Shown piece by piece: positions 27,681 through 40,255 of a stretch of 52,202 nucleotides of DNA (within the stretch, counting starts at the first letter, position 1; every line of letters starts with the position of its first letter). The position numbers were made by a program, and so were the translations under genes. Origin of the DNA: Octopus bimaculoides (lineage: Eukaryota); the NCBI RefSeq assembly GCF_001194135.2, contig NC_068989.1, positions 51,454,021 to 51,506,222 of the forward strand. The letters run 5' to 3'. The notes beneath the pieces were generated by a model. The model was not told where the DNA came from, made no database searches, and worked only from the letters and a program-made list of their open reading frames with translations.

Positions 27681-28479
27681 GCGCCACCTACTTTATACAG
27701 GGTCACTTCTACTTCGGGCTTATCACGGAATCCCACAGAGCCAATTTCAATTTATAGTTGTCCGATTCACGCGTATTTAATTTGGGAGGCGGCAAGTAAT
27801 CTTGTCATTTTATCGACTCACCCGTTTGAATAGATGTACTTGAGAAAAGTACAGTTAACATTCCTTTTCAAGTGAAACTTGAAGATGTCGATGAGAGAAT
27901 ACTCGCTCCACAGTAATTTCAGTCTCGTGCACTACACAAAAAAATGCTTGTTGTTATGGCTGTGCCTGTTTACGGGTGCTACTCTGATTGATTTTTGTTT
28001 ATGTTGTGCTGTGTGCTGATCATGGTGGTGGTGGGTAAATTCTGTTTCACTTGAATGCCTTTTGTAAGGGTGTCGTTCTAGAGACGCAGTCTACTTGTGT
28101 GATTCGTTCCGGATTATGTTGATTAGGAAAGTCTGTGTTATTTTTATAAGTTTTCTTCAAGCCATCTTCTCCCATTTACAGTATAAAATCTCCACATCGG
28201 AAATGTAGAATGCGGATGAAGTTGGAGGTTGGTTTCTGCCTGTGTCCCTGTGTGTAACTTTGTCTGGAAGTGGCGAGGGGAGAGTGAGGAATAGTGTGCG
28301 AAAGAGAGAGAGAGATGGGGAAAGTGAGGGGAGAGGGAGAGAGAATAAGATAATGGTAGTGATACCAGATATCTCGTTGGCCGGTGGTTCTTGGATTTCT
28401 CATTAATGAGATGGTTCCTCTTGTTGAACTGGATGTTGCCGCCTGTGTCAGCATTACAGTCGTCTCTATCACCGCTGTA

Positions 28480-28860
28480 GCTGCAGTGTTTGCGTTGCTG
28501 CTGCTTATCTTGCTACTTTTTTTGTATTAGTGCTGCTTCTGTTGTTTATGTTCACATCTCTGCTGCCGCTGATACTGCCGATGTTGCTCGGGTTGTTGGT
28601 GCTGTCATGGAGGCTGTACAGTGGTTTTCTGCTTCACATACATTGCATGTTTGCCTTCTGTCCTCTACAGTGACACGTAGCTATTTTGCATTGAGCCGGT
28701 CGTCACAGTTTTGGATATTTTCTATATCCTCCGGCTTGATTTCAATGAGTATCTCCAGTACAGTTCTAAACCCAAACTCCTTCCCTGTCCTTTTTCCACG
28801 GAGGCGGTGGTTGCTGCTCTTCGAGATAATATGGAGCAACAACTAGCAGACAACCAATAA
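28480..28860 (-). mobile_element. Probable LINE ORF1 (gag-like) fragment with degenerate zinc knuckle
   Basis: LEILIEIKPEDIENIQ..RVTVEDRRQTCNVCEAENH resembles L1/Tx1-type ORF1 (V.VEGRRP.C..C....H), followed by an A/T/S-rich linker. Confidence 0.5.
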
Positions 28861-28923
28861 CGATGGAATTCAAGCTATCCCAAACGCTTATTTTAGATCA
28901 GTACTCTACTGCACCCGCCACCG

Positions 28924-28943
28924 CAAATAAATAAATAAATAAG

Positions 28944-28978
<35 letters not shown>

Positions 28979-28979
28979 A
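28924..28979. repeat. (TAAA)n microsatellite
   Basis: Read directly. Confidence 0.95.
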
Positions 28980-29889
28980 ACGCAAGAGAAAACGTAAATT
29001 TAGCAGCAAACGCTTATCAAGTCTGAAAGAAGAATTACCAAGATCTGGATATATCAATGAACCACCAAAAAACTAATGATAATATTTATTTTGATTTCGA
29101 TCAAGACCGACAATTTGGACGTGTAGAAAGGATGCAAAGGCATCTCCCCAGTTGCAGCGAGTACTTTGTTGCCTCCGGTATGTTATTTTATTGTGTCTGT
29201 ACTTTGCCTAGGTTTTGACAATGAATTAACAAGAAGTGAAAGAAGCCGGTGTCTTTCGAAGTCTACTATCAAACTATTGATTTTTAAGTAGATTTGCTAA
29301 AGTATTTAAGTGGATTTCAAATTTAATTGGAAGTGTTCTGGGATATTTTATAATTTTAAGTACTTTCCTTAAGGATGATTTTCTGACAAATACACTTAAA
29401 TCTTAAACTATTTAGAAAAAATGAAATCTTATCTAACTACGAAGTGAGAATGTTGTAAAAGTTACGTACGTTCCGTTAAACAAGGATGCGAGTGAGATTT
29501 TTTATACGCTATTACAAGTGATTTGAGTGCTTATAATATTGCTATCATACATTGGTACAATACAGCTGAAGTGTATTGTATAATCTTGGTACTTAATATT
29601 TATTTTACGGTAAATATTTCCTCTATTTTTGGAGGAGGTATTTTCAAAGGCTCTGCCTTAAGGATTTGTACATAGAAGATTGTAGAAGAATACTAAATTC
29701 TAAATATTGTATAATCAATTAATATAATCGAAGATATTGGAGAATTTTGTGGCTGTCAGTTTAACACATAACATATTTCTTCAATAACTTATCAAATATT
29801 TTATTTAACCATGGAAACATTATACATGTTGCTATCAATGTTGTTGGTTAGCCTCGTGTCAGGTATTGTCGCGCTGATATGATCTTGAT

Positions 29890-30180
29890 CAATGTTTCTC
29901 AAACTATTTGATGTGACGTACCGGTAGTTTTTTTTTAATTCTTTTAAATGTGCCAGGTACCGGTAATATTTCGTAGTAATATTAATTTATACCGGAAACA
30001 ATATATATAATGAATATAAGAAGAATGGACAATTTTTTTAATGTTATATTTCTTTTGTAAACACATAATACAATATTACATAAGCATTTGATAAGCATTT
30101 TATAATGTTTCTTTCTTTTCTGGAAACTAGCCGCTTACCTGCAGCTGATGGCTTACAGACCTCCATTTCGAGTAGCACTG
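29890..30180. mobile_element. hAT (Charlie-like) MITE
   Basis: Termini caatgtttctcaaa / ttcgagtagcactg (10/14 inverted match). The 8-bp flanks atcttgat and ttctaaat resemble the NTCTAGAN target preference. Confidence 0.55.
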
Positions 30181-32109
30181 TTCTAAATTACATCATCTAG
30201 ACAACCAACAAGATGTTTTGTAATCCATACGAAGTGTAACTAGAACCTTTATATATAATATGCCGTTCTTTTTACGAAACGTGATTGAATGCATAACAGT
30301 AAGATCAAGATCTTACTGTTATGTTAGCAATCAGAACGACTACGTATAGGCTATCTCGCTGGTGGTATAGAACAGAAATTTTCTGCATATTCTGTTATAA
30401 TCGGATGTTAAGTTAGCTTATGATCATTATAACCTACATGTTTCAACTTTAAAGACATCATTGTCAAAGAAAGGGAGTTGTAACTTGAAATTATGTATAA
30501 ACGTTGAACTACACATATAATTTAGAAAGATAGCATGGTTAATCTATTGTTATATGTGTATAAATTAATGGAATGGGATGGAAGAGAGCGTTAGTGGCTG
30601 ATAAAAGGAAGACATAATTTCTTTCGGCGCAAATAAGATTATCTTTCCATGTGAACGACTCTCACCACTAATCATTATTTGAAGGTTGATTATTTTGGTA
30701 GCCTCAGGTTTCTTGAAATTTCATTCTCTTTAAACTTGTTGTTCTTGGTAATTCTTAAATTTACTTCCAATTTATATTAATATTTCAGTAGGATTTAACA
30801 TCTCTATATTTAATCTTATCATACTACAATTCTTGCATCATTATCAGTAGCAACCCACTCATCGTCAGCCTAATCAGCATCGAAGTTAAGATCATATTCA
30901 TCATCAACCTTTAATCTTCTTTCCCCACTTTTCTTACTTATGCTTCTCATCAACAACGTCATACACTCAGCGATAAAAATAATTAGCATCATAAATATTA
31001 CCTCCATGATACTAATCAATATTCTCGACATTATCAACCTGCCATACCCTTTACCATCACCTAACCTTTCACCATCCATTGTCATCATTCAGCTCTTCAG
31101 TATCATCGAGTATTTTGTCACCGAATTATCGAAGAATCCTCTTTATCATCGACTGACCTTCATGAAATAGCAATCAGTATTCCTCTTGCCATAAATCAGC
31201 GTTTTACAAGACAAAAGGGACACAGTGAGTGAGATAGTTTGATTATATTATATCTAACAATGAAGACTGGAGAGTCGGGTAAATTGTGTTTTGAAAATGT
31301 CATCACGAACGCAATTACAATAACCAACCCAATAGTGATTGCGTTCATTATTGTAAAAATCGCATGTATCAGAACATCACTTATGGTGAGTGTACTGGTA
31401 GCAGAGTGCTAGTATTAAATTTATTCAAACATCTACTGCACTAAATCACATTGATGACACCATTTCACCTTTAAAAAATTATATATAACAATCTTGCATA
31501 TTATTCGTAGAAGTTAAATGCCTGGCATATTTGTAAAAATGAAAATTTTAACAATATAGTAAATATTGTAACAAGATATTTTTCTTAATAGGATGTGTCA
31601 TATTATCATAACTTGCTTAACCACGGTTTCTGATACGAAGCAATTTGAGATAGTGATATGAAGCAATCGACTTATAACATATTTTATAATATTTTGATAA
31701 ATTGTACAAATAGGAACATGTGATGAGGTATGCAGGAACTATCGCATGCGTGAATTCTCTTGCAATTTATCATAATATCAGCAACTTTTATTTAAACAAC
31801 AAAATAAATGTCAATTTATAGAAAATTCCTATACAAAAATACAAATGAATCAAATTTAGTGAGAAAATGGGAAGAATTGATCGCTTACTAAACAAAATAG
31901 AACAAATGTGAACATTTTCACGCCATACTATAAGACCCGAAAGAGTTGTTCAATAAAACATGTTTCCAGCAGTGTTAGTCGATCAAATTTACCCAGTTTA
32001 TAACAAAATTAGAAACAGCAAAATCAAAACAAACTTGTCTTGTTTATGTTAAGTCATATCATACTGTATCCTGCATTGTTAGGCCCAAATAACAATATGG
32101 TTATCATTT

Positions 32110-33049
32110 ATAATGCTTTTGGACAGAAATAGAATTACATGAGTAATTCTTGCAACAAAGCAAGAATGCTTATGGATGGAAATATTAAACGAGTGACCGA
32201 GGCGAGAGATGTAGCAGTGAGGAAAATCGTAATTACGACGAATCTGATAAAGACAAAGATTAACAGAACTCAGCCAGTCAGCAGAAGTAGTATCTGCAGA
32301 GAAAAAAATTAAGTATGTATCATCTCTTGAGTTAATTCAACAAGCTAACAGATAAAGTGTATAAGCACAACACAACTGGCACTCTGTCGGTTACGACAAC
32401 AAGGTTTCCAGTTGATCCGATCAAACGAACTGTTTGCTCATGAGATTAATGCGCATGTAGCTGAGCACTCCACATATACGCATACCCTTAACGTAGTTCT
32501 CAGGGAGATTCAACATCACATTGAATATGTCAAGGCTAGCCTTTTGAAATACAGGTTTTGCCAGCTGAGTGAACTAGAGTAACGGGAAATAAAGTGTCTT
32601 TCTCTAGGACACAAATCGTCACCGGGAATCGAAATCATGACCTTACGATTGTGAGTCGAATACCCTCTCAACTAAGCCAAGCGCTTTTACATAAGCACAC
32701 CACAACTGTGTAAAAGGAAAATAGTAGATACGCGGACCAGAGGCAGCGGTAGAAAATTAGACTTATAGGATTTTATATGATGTCATTATAGATGACAAAA
32801 GTAAATAGTGTGATGTCATAACATTTGACATACTATCTGAAAAGCGAGTTGGTACCAACAAAACTGTTACAGCTCCAAAACTACGAGCTAGAAGACAGAA
32901 AGATGCTGCGATAGAGACTCGCATTGTCGACCTGCAAGGAAAAATGCGCCAACCTCTGTTGTACAAGCATTACGACTGATATTTGAGATTTCAAGAGACT
33001 TATGTGTAACAAACCTCGTTCCTGCAAATTAAAGTAGTATTTAATAGTT

Positions 33050-33110
<61 letters not shown>
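32110..33110 (+). mobile_element. R4/Dong-like (RLE-type) LINE 3' end with (AAT)n tail, split by a SINE
   Basis: Peptides LHE*FLQQ, IKTKINRTQPVSRSSICREK (CCHC region) and PEAAVEN*TYRILYD (RLE region). Ends in (AAT)n at 33051-33110. Confidence 0.65.
32379..32690 (-). mobile_element. tRNA-derived SINE with 18-bp target-site duplication
   Basis: Head gcgcttggcttagttgagaggg..gatttcgattccc and a 3' body shared with the 8482 copy. TSD is ataagcacaacacaactg (32361-32378) / ataagcacaccacaactg (32691-32708). Confidence 0.9.
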
Positions 33111-33111
<1 letters not shown>

Positions 33112-33140
33112 GCACACACACGCATATTTATATATCAGCA

Positions 33141-34262
33141 TTTGAGTTCTACAGCAAATGCAAATGAATCATAAAGATATTCATAAAGGCATGCCTACAC
33201 ATGCGTATTCATGAAGGTTAGCAACTGGCAAACGATTACCACATGTTTTCTGTTCACAGCATCTTCACATTTAAAGATGCGTAGCCGAACTGTGATATGT
33301 TGGGACAATATATGTCCCAAAGTATCTATTTACTTTATAAGCATCTCTATTGCTTTTCCCTAATTTTCGCATTTCCATAAATGTCTTGCAAATGTGTCCT
33401 TTATTTTCTTTTTCCACGAATCTCTCAAACATGACTATATTTTTGCATTTATGTCTCCCTAATTGTTATTCACGCAAGAAACCACCTACTCATAACTATT
33501 TTGCATGTTTTACGTGCTGAAACACGCAACAACATTAATCCCATTTGGCGAAGAGGCCAATATATGAACGTCATACGGAAAATAAAATTCTATTAAAAGT
33601 TGACCGAAACTTAAGCCAGTCAACAACCATTCACCAGACATTATAGATATGTATTTACTTACACATACATAAGTATACTTGTATGTAATTAAAATGTGAA
33701 AAGAAAGCTCTGAAATAAAATATGCAGCGAATGTCACATCTTGCTATTTTTTTCTTTCTCGTTGCAAGTAAAATGATTTCAAATATTTCGAGAATACAAC
33801 ATGAGTAGACTGGCATTCGGTACTCAAAATGATGACGCAATGAAAGTTTTTGCCCATTTTGTTTTGTATCACAATCAAGACCCTATTAACGTAAGGATAC
33901 TAGCTGCAGCCCACGAATTATCACTTCTGAAATACTGTCATTTTTCTATATGTTTGATTTTAAAAGACTTAATGTATTTATAGTGATAGGTAATAGTGTC
34001 CACCGTCCGGTCGACCGCATCATTGTATCCTGGATTGAAATTCTCTGGTTGTTTAAGTCTCTAGTAGGTATCTTTCTGGCATATATTTTCGCTGGTAGCG
34101 CCTATGAGAGTGAGGCTAAGCATCTTTAAGTGCAAAAATATAGTGAGCAGAAAACTGGTGATAATCGTTTGCCAGTTGCTAACTTTCATGGACACATATG
34201 TATAGGCATGCCTTTCTTAAGATTAACTTTATGATTTATTTGAATTTGCTGTAGAAATCAAA
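33141..34262. repeat. ~146-bp inverted repeat pair (33141-33286 / 34114-34262) around an ~830-bp spacer
   Basis: ttctacagcaaat..aaaggcatgccta..gttagcaactggcaaacgatta matches the reverse complement of taatcgtttgccagttgctaac..taggcatgccttt..atttgctgtagaa. Confidence 0.8.
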
Positions 34263-34384
34263 CAATCATTATAAAAGTGAGAAGGCGTTTCTAGAGATTT
34301 GGGAACACATGTGTTTGTGTGTATACATACATGCGTGAATGTGCTGCTACACTTCTTGTCCTGTCATGTGCGTAAATATATATA

Positions 34385-35445
34385 TATGCATGGTGGTTGT
34401 CTACTTCTTATGCAGAGTTTTTGGCCACCTCCTCTTCATACACCTGAGTACTATCGTGGCATCTATTGTGGCTTTTTACACCAGACAATTTTCTGAAAAG
34501 ACACCCACATAGATTGCACCTCCTATTTGGACCACCAAGAGCTGCAGATAAGTTCTGCTCTTTGTGGATCTTAAAATGTCTTTTGAGGCCTTCGGTAGAT
34601 TTGCAAACATTCTGGCATACATTGCATTCAAAGGTGTGCACAGAAATATAGGCAGAATAATTGGTGGAGGTTCGTTTTCCATGCGTTCGCAGATGAGATT
34701 TGAGCCCAGTAAAAGACAGACATGGTCTGTGACAGACTGTGCACGCAAAAAGGTCATTGTCATTCACCTTCTCGATCGTAAATTCTTCCTTAGATCTCTT
34801 TTGAGTCTTACTTGCGTTATCTTGGCCTCTTCAAATGTTTTCGCTCCGCTCCACACCTTTGTTTGCCATCCAACTCAATCCGAAGCAAGGGTTTCTATAT
34901 CTTCTGGAACCATTCCAGGTGACTTCATAGTAGTCCTTATGCCGTCCTTAAACCTTTTTTAAGGTTTACACCGATAGCGTTTCCTCTCTGCAAACTGGCC
35001 ATAAAACAGCTGTTTCGGCATGCGTTCATTCGAAAAATATGGCCACACCATCCGAATTGGTTCCTCAAAATCATAGCTTTAATAGAGGTGATGCCTGCAG
35101 ATGCAAAGACATCTGTATTCGGAGTAAAAGAACTCCATTTAATTTTTTAAATGCGATGAAGGCTTCTTTTGGTGGAATTGCTCTAACAATTTAAAATAAC
35201 TTCCATAACAAGTCTAAGTTTCATAGGAATACAACAGGTATGGTAAGACAAATGATTTGTAAAGAGCCAGTTTTGTATTTTTATTTATATGTCGCTGGCA
35301 CCAAACGCATGTCTCGAAGCCATCAAATGCTATTGCTGCCCTTTGAATTCGCTACTGTATTTCTGTATCAACATTTCCATCAATTTGAACAGAGCTTCCA
35401 AGGTAGACGAACCAATCAACAATCTCAAGTAACTTTCCCTTAATA
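34385..35445 (-). mobile_element. RTE (BovB-like) LINE 3' end with three C-terminal C2H2 zinc fingers
   Basis: FVYLGS..IQ*RIQRAAIAF, TKLALYKSFVLPYLLY, LEQFHQK, GHIFRM..MPKQLFYG and KRFKD, followed by ORF 34408-34767 with three CX2CX12HX3H motifs. Confidence 0.9.
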
Positions 35446-35763
35446 AAAATTTTAGGGTATATACACACGCACACACTCCTTCAGTAACAGCTACTAATGT
35501 AATTTTAGTTATGTGGTCTTTCCATAAGACTAAAATAAAATAATCTTTGGAACATTTTTATGAATGCTATTGTACAGCTAATCGAAAGGATTTAGATGTT
35601 GATAATATGTTCTCATTTTTATTTTGTGGGAAAATGTAACCATTTCCCGGTATATTTGAAATTAACTTTTTACGTTGTTTTTGCCCTTATCTCAACAGCT
35701 AATGGTGAAATTCTTTAGTCCGGACAGACGAGTTGTAATTTCTTAAGTGCAACGTACATTTAC

Positions 35764-35964
35764 TGTTTCCGAAATTTTAGCGATGCATTCATATCTGAGG
35801 AACAAACACTGTAAAAAAGAAACAGGAATAATTATTCCTTGTCACTATTCTTCCACTAAATTTCGTTCATTTGTTCTCGGACATCCCTCAAGGACTACAT
35901 ATATCTAAAAGTGTAAAACTCTTTGGTATTCACCTGCATTCTCTATGGCAATTTAGGCATACAT
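35764..35964 (-). CDS. Candidate pair of small exons (35934-35964, 35764-35808) encoding a Cys-rich, furin-like repeat motif
   Basis: A 125-nt GT-AG intron (gtgaat...tcttttttacag) joins them in frame to give VCLNCHRECSVCSSDMNASLKFRK. No further exons were identified. Confidence 0.25.
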
Positions 35965-37168
35965 CTGCAAATAAGCAATATCATTTCCTATTCCAAGGTA
36001 ACTCGCCTGTTATTTAGGGCAAGCTGCTGCTCTTGATGAGTTCGGAGGTTGTAAAGAATAGTGAGTTTACCAACACCATTTATAAATCAGTTATTTCGTT
36101 GATATCTACTCTTCCTAACTAGCGAAGATTTATATTTGCAGTTGGAATTTGTTAATTTTCTGACAATCATATGCCTATCCTTTTGTTCACAAGATGTCTA
36201 GGTCTCAGGTGTTACGGGTGGATGTCACGAAATACACTATTCATGCAGATAGATAGCTAATATTGGGGAATAACAAGACATTCTACAAAATTGAGTTATC
36301 TACTCTGATTAAGCTATAAATAATTTTAAAAGTATTTACAGGAGTGTTTCCTTTTCTCAAATCTGACAGTATGATAACAAGGTGCAACTAACGTAAGAGA
36401 GTCAGTTGAATTTAGTAATGAAGAAAAGTTTTTATTAACACAGCACGTTACAAAAGAACACACACACGCACACACACATGCATTTATATTAGCCTCCTTT
36501 ATGCACAGATGGACGTAAATAACCCTCCCACCTATCTACAGCATGATAAGGAAATAAAAATTCTGTTAACGTACTGTTCGGTTAATTTTTGTTCAAATGT
36601 TTTTTTAATACCTTACCATATTTTGCGTAAACTATTTCTAGCCATTTGTAATTATTTGTTTCACTCGATGTGAACAAACAATATACCAAAAGAACTCTTA
36701 TCTTCAGATAACGATAACAGTTTGTGCTATTTTTAAGAATCAGTCCGGAAATTAGACATTGCGAAATGCATGTGAGAATTATTTATATGAAGAATTGTAA
36801 TTGCATATTATTGTTTCGGATTACATGGTAGGAAACCCATTATGAAAATACAACTTAAATATAATGATAAGAGCTCAAACAAAACATATCTATACAAAAC
36901 TAGATTCAAACTCCATGTTACATCAACTCTTGACAGAAATAACAAATTCTATGATTTTTTAATAAAACGAAAATGAGAACTGAAATAAAATGTAAACATC
37001 ATTCGATAGTTCTATTCGACACGGCCTGACAGTATATATTTAGTTTATATTTAGCGTTTAGCTGGACTATACATGGTCGAAATATTCAAGGTAATTTGAC
37101 TAATAGTTTTATATTCGAGAAGGTATGATTTTTAAAGCTATCATTACAGCTGAACACAGCAAGCCTAA

Positions 37169-37232
<64 letters not shown>

Positions 37233-37235
<3 letters not shown>

Positions 37236-37450
37236 AGAGGGAATGTTGAAAAGTTCCCGGTTTGGGGTAAAAGAAAATACTGGAAGATCAGTTAGCTATA
37301 ATTTTATTCAACATATTCCCCTCTCAGATCCATACACTTATTAGCATAGCTCCTTCGGTTTTTCTCAGCGCTGTAAGAGAACTTGTAAAAACGTGCCTCT
37401 GACCAGGTCATTCGCGATACCTCTTAAGCCAGGATCTTTTCATCTAGCAT
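37233..37450. mobile_element. Mariner-derived MITE inserted next to a (TA)n tract
   Basis: Termini gagggaatgttgaaaagttcccgg / ccaggatcttttca resemble mariner TIRs. Confidence 0.7.
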
Positions 37451-37658
37451 ATAAAAATCGCAGTATGAGTGTGTATAATGCCAAACGCGTACCTTTCTAG
37501 AATTCGCAACCGGTTAGATACAAACATTACACACACATTAATTATGTACCGAGGACGCTCATGCACTACAACATGTTGCCCAGAACTCTCGCGTAAATGG
37601 ATGTAAATGAACATAGTCCTTTTTTGTACGTAGTGTCTTCCATAAGTTTTTAAAACAG

Positions 37659-37744
37659 TGAAAGGATTTTGTAATTTGTTTTTACTTCGTCTGCGTGGTG
37701 ACCCAGTCAGGAAAGAGGATTTGGAAGCTGTCATTTGTTTTCAG
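37659..37744 (+). CDS. Candidate internal exon, unknown protein
   Basis: ttttaaaacag| 86 nt |gtaaat with a single open frame, KGFCNLFLLRLRGDPVRKEDLEAVICFQ. Confidence 0.2.
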
Positions 37745-38498
37745 GTAAATAAAAGTTTACGTTCATTCAAACGATTTATCCCAAAAATATTATTTAGCTG
37801 TTATTTTTAGCACGACACGTGTTATGTCTCCGGTAGTTGTTTCATGTAAATAAATGTTTGTGTTAATTTAAAAGATTTTCCAAATTCGTTGTATGGACAT
37901 AGTTTTTGTTTTTGTAAGTAGGGTCTTCCATACTTTAATCTGTATCGTCCTATATTGGCTTTAGAGAATATTTTTGACTGTGATTGAATTGACACTGTAC
38001 GCGATGAATACCCAATACCAAACAGTCTTAATCTCCATATTTAAGCTGCATTAAACTTTAGCAAGCTTACGTTTAACTATTCTGAGTTACTTGAAATGTG
38101 ATATTCTATTTCCTCTCTTCTATTTGTTAATACCTTTGTTTACCTACCAATGCGTTGTTTCACTTTAAGGATGCTTATTTACCCATCCCTTATGATATTT
38201 CGACAGTTGTCCATTGTTTCAGATACGCTTTAGCATTGAGGTTCTAACCTTTTCTAAACTAGAACATATGATTCGTCGCAAACAATAAACCTTTAAATAA
38301 GAGTTCTGCTACAACTAGCGAAAGCTATACGTATCTTTCAGAAAGCTTCATAACAAATTCACTTTATGCGCCATTCGCTGTTAGTTTATGCGCAGGCTAT
38401 TTGGGGTAACAGATTAAAGGGGCTTTTGTTAGCTTATAATAGAATCGATAATAACTTGGTACACTAAAGCGCATTTTCCTCTACCAGACAGTACAAGC

Positions 38499-38870
38499 AT
38501 GCCACCTAAAAAGAGAGCACACATTGGCAGAACGTCCTGTAGACTGTTGGAAAAAACTGCCCCTACTAGAGCTGCAACAACTCCAGAGCAGTGTGAAACT
38601 TATCAAGTACGTACTGCTGACGCAGGGGCCGCAGAGACCCCACAAAGTGTGCTATCCGTCGGGCATCCACTTCTGCTACGAGAGTCTCAGAAGCCTCAGA
38701 AGAGAGTGCTCTCCGTCGGGCACGCAGCGATGCATCCACTTCTGCCGCAAGGTTGTCAGATGAAGATAACTATCGGATGATGAAACTTCAGTCTAATGTT
38801 CAGCGGGAAGCTCTTGCTATCAATATAAGTAAAATATTGTACGATGTTCATTGCAGAAGTTACTGGGTCA
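38499..38870 (+). pseudogene. Probable Helitron RepHel N-terminal fragment
   Basis: MPPKKRAHIGRT..RAATTPEQ..AAETPQ resembles the MPxxKRxxIGR and repeated RAxETxEQ motifs of animal Helitron N-termini. Confidence 0.5.
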
Positions 38871-38924
38871 TTTTTTCAGGAGAGGTATTTAATAATTTCA
38901 AGGAAAAAAAAAACCCCACTAAAA

Positions 38925-39670
38925 TCCTTCAAAGTAGGATCCTCTGACATCAGTGCACTTGTCGCGTAGCATTCCTGTCGCTTTGTGAAACCCATGAAAT
39001 TACTTCATCTTCAACTTCAGTTTTGGGAACAACCAAAAGTCGCGTGGTGTGGAGAATCTAGGGAGGGTGAGAGACAGTTTCGATGCCCATATCAGTCAAG
39101 CAGTTGATTGCTAGGATGGAACTGTGAATAGTTGCATTGTTCTGGTGCATGTTCAGGCTAGAGACAACTTGTGGATGTAGATGATGACCTTGCTTTCAAA
39201 AATGTGGACCATCATGTAGTTATTGGTGAACTTGCTTTGCTTGGCATTCTTGGGTCCGGGGGATTGGATGCTCTCATTGGGCACTCTGTCAGCTGTTTCT
39301 GGATACACATAACATCAACAGTCACCAGAGACCTAACTACTTTAAAATTGTAAGTAACAATCTATGCCATCTCTCTGCTTTCACGAACACCCCTTTCCTT
39401 CTGATCACTACTAAGCATTCTGGGAACGAACTTTGCACAAATTTTGAGCAAGTACGGGCCTTCATGAATAATGCTGCGAACAGTTGTCACACCAACTCCA
39501 AAGTGTATGCTTATTATCTTTATAGACACTCGGCGGTCTTCATCCTGGAGACTGCGAATTTTCTGAACTCATATTCTTGCCTTCCTCTTCGTCCCACTAA
39601 TATTCTACTATCTCGCTACAGTCTTTGAACCACCTCTGTTAGCGAAATACAGATGCTCAGCTCACACATG
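38925..39670 (-). pseudogene. Mariner (Tc1/mariner superfamily) transposase relic
   Basis: EDRRVSIKIISIHFGVGVTTVRSIIHE, KICAKFVPRML, SLVTVD and degraded motifs near YSPDL. Multiple stops, frameshifts and an internal deletion. Confidence 0.9.
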
Positions 39671-40034
39671 TTAAAGGATAAGTAGTCTCACAATTTCATA
39701 AGTTTCTGTTGCATTTTCTCTACTTTCACACAAAACTATTGTATATCATGCTCTCAAACAGTTTTCGTATCCCAACGACATTATATAAATGAGTCAGCTG
39801 CAAGAAGCAGACTCCTCTAAAAAAAAGTTCACAGAACTTCTGGAAAGCACATCGTAGTTTTTAGATGATGTTCTACATTTTATACTTTGCTAGAATATGA
39901 AATTAATCTTCATAACAAGTACTTAATTATATTCTAATTTTATAACCAAATTCTACGTGATTATTACATGATTTTATTATGATAATGCTATTCTCAAATT
40001 TCTTGTAAGTCCTACACCCCTGCAATTTCTATTG

Positions 40035-40078
<44 letters not shown>

Positions 40079-40255
40079 GACACACACACACACACTCATA
40101 TGTAGCGAGAGAGAAATAGAGATAAGAGGCATGCATTCGCAGTATAGAATACACTTCATAGTGCTCAAGGTTTTTTAAATTGAGCAGGTAAAGGAATATA
40201 TGTAAGTACAAAATAATGTATGCCCAATTTACTTGTCTTTACATTTACTCCTCGA

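Noticed and set aside
30870-31170. ORFs on both strands
   Set aside because: Degenerate (CAT/ATC)-rich low-complexity DNA with no recognisable domain.
34408-34767. Host C2H2 zinc-finger gene exon
   Set aside because: It is contiguous with RTE RT sequence, has no TGEKP linkers and no upstream polypyrimidine/AG acceptor.
23930-35445. The two BovB-like RTE pieces as ends of one 11-kb element
   Set aside because: Both are on the minus strand, but the 5' piece lies downstream of the 3' piece, so they are not collinear.
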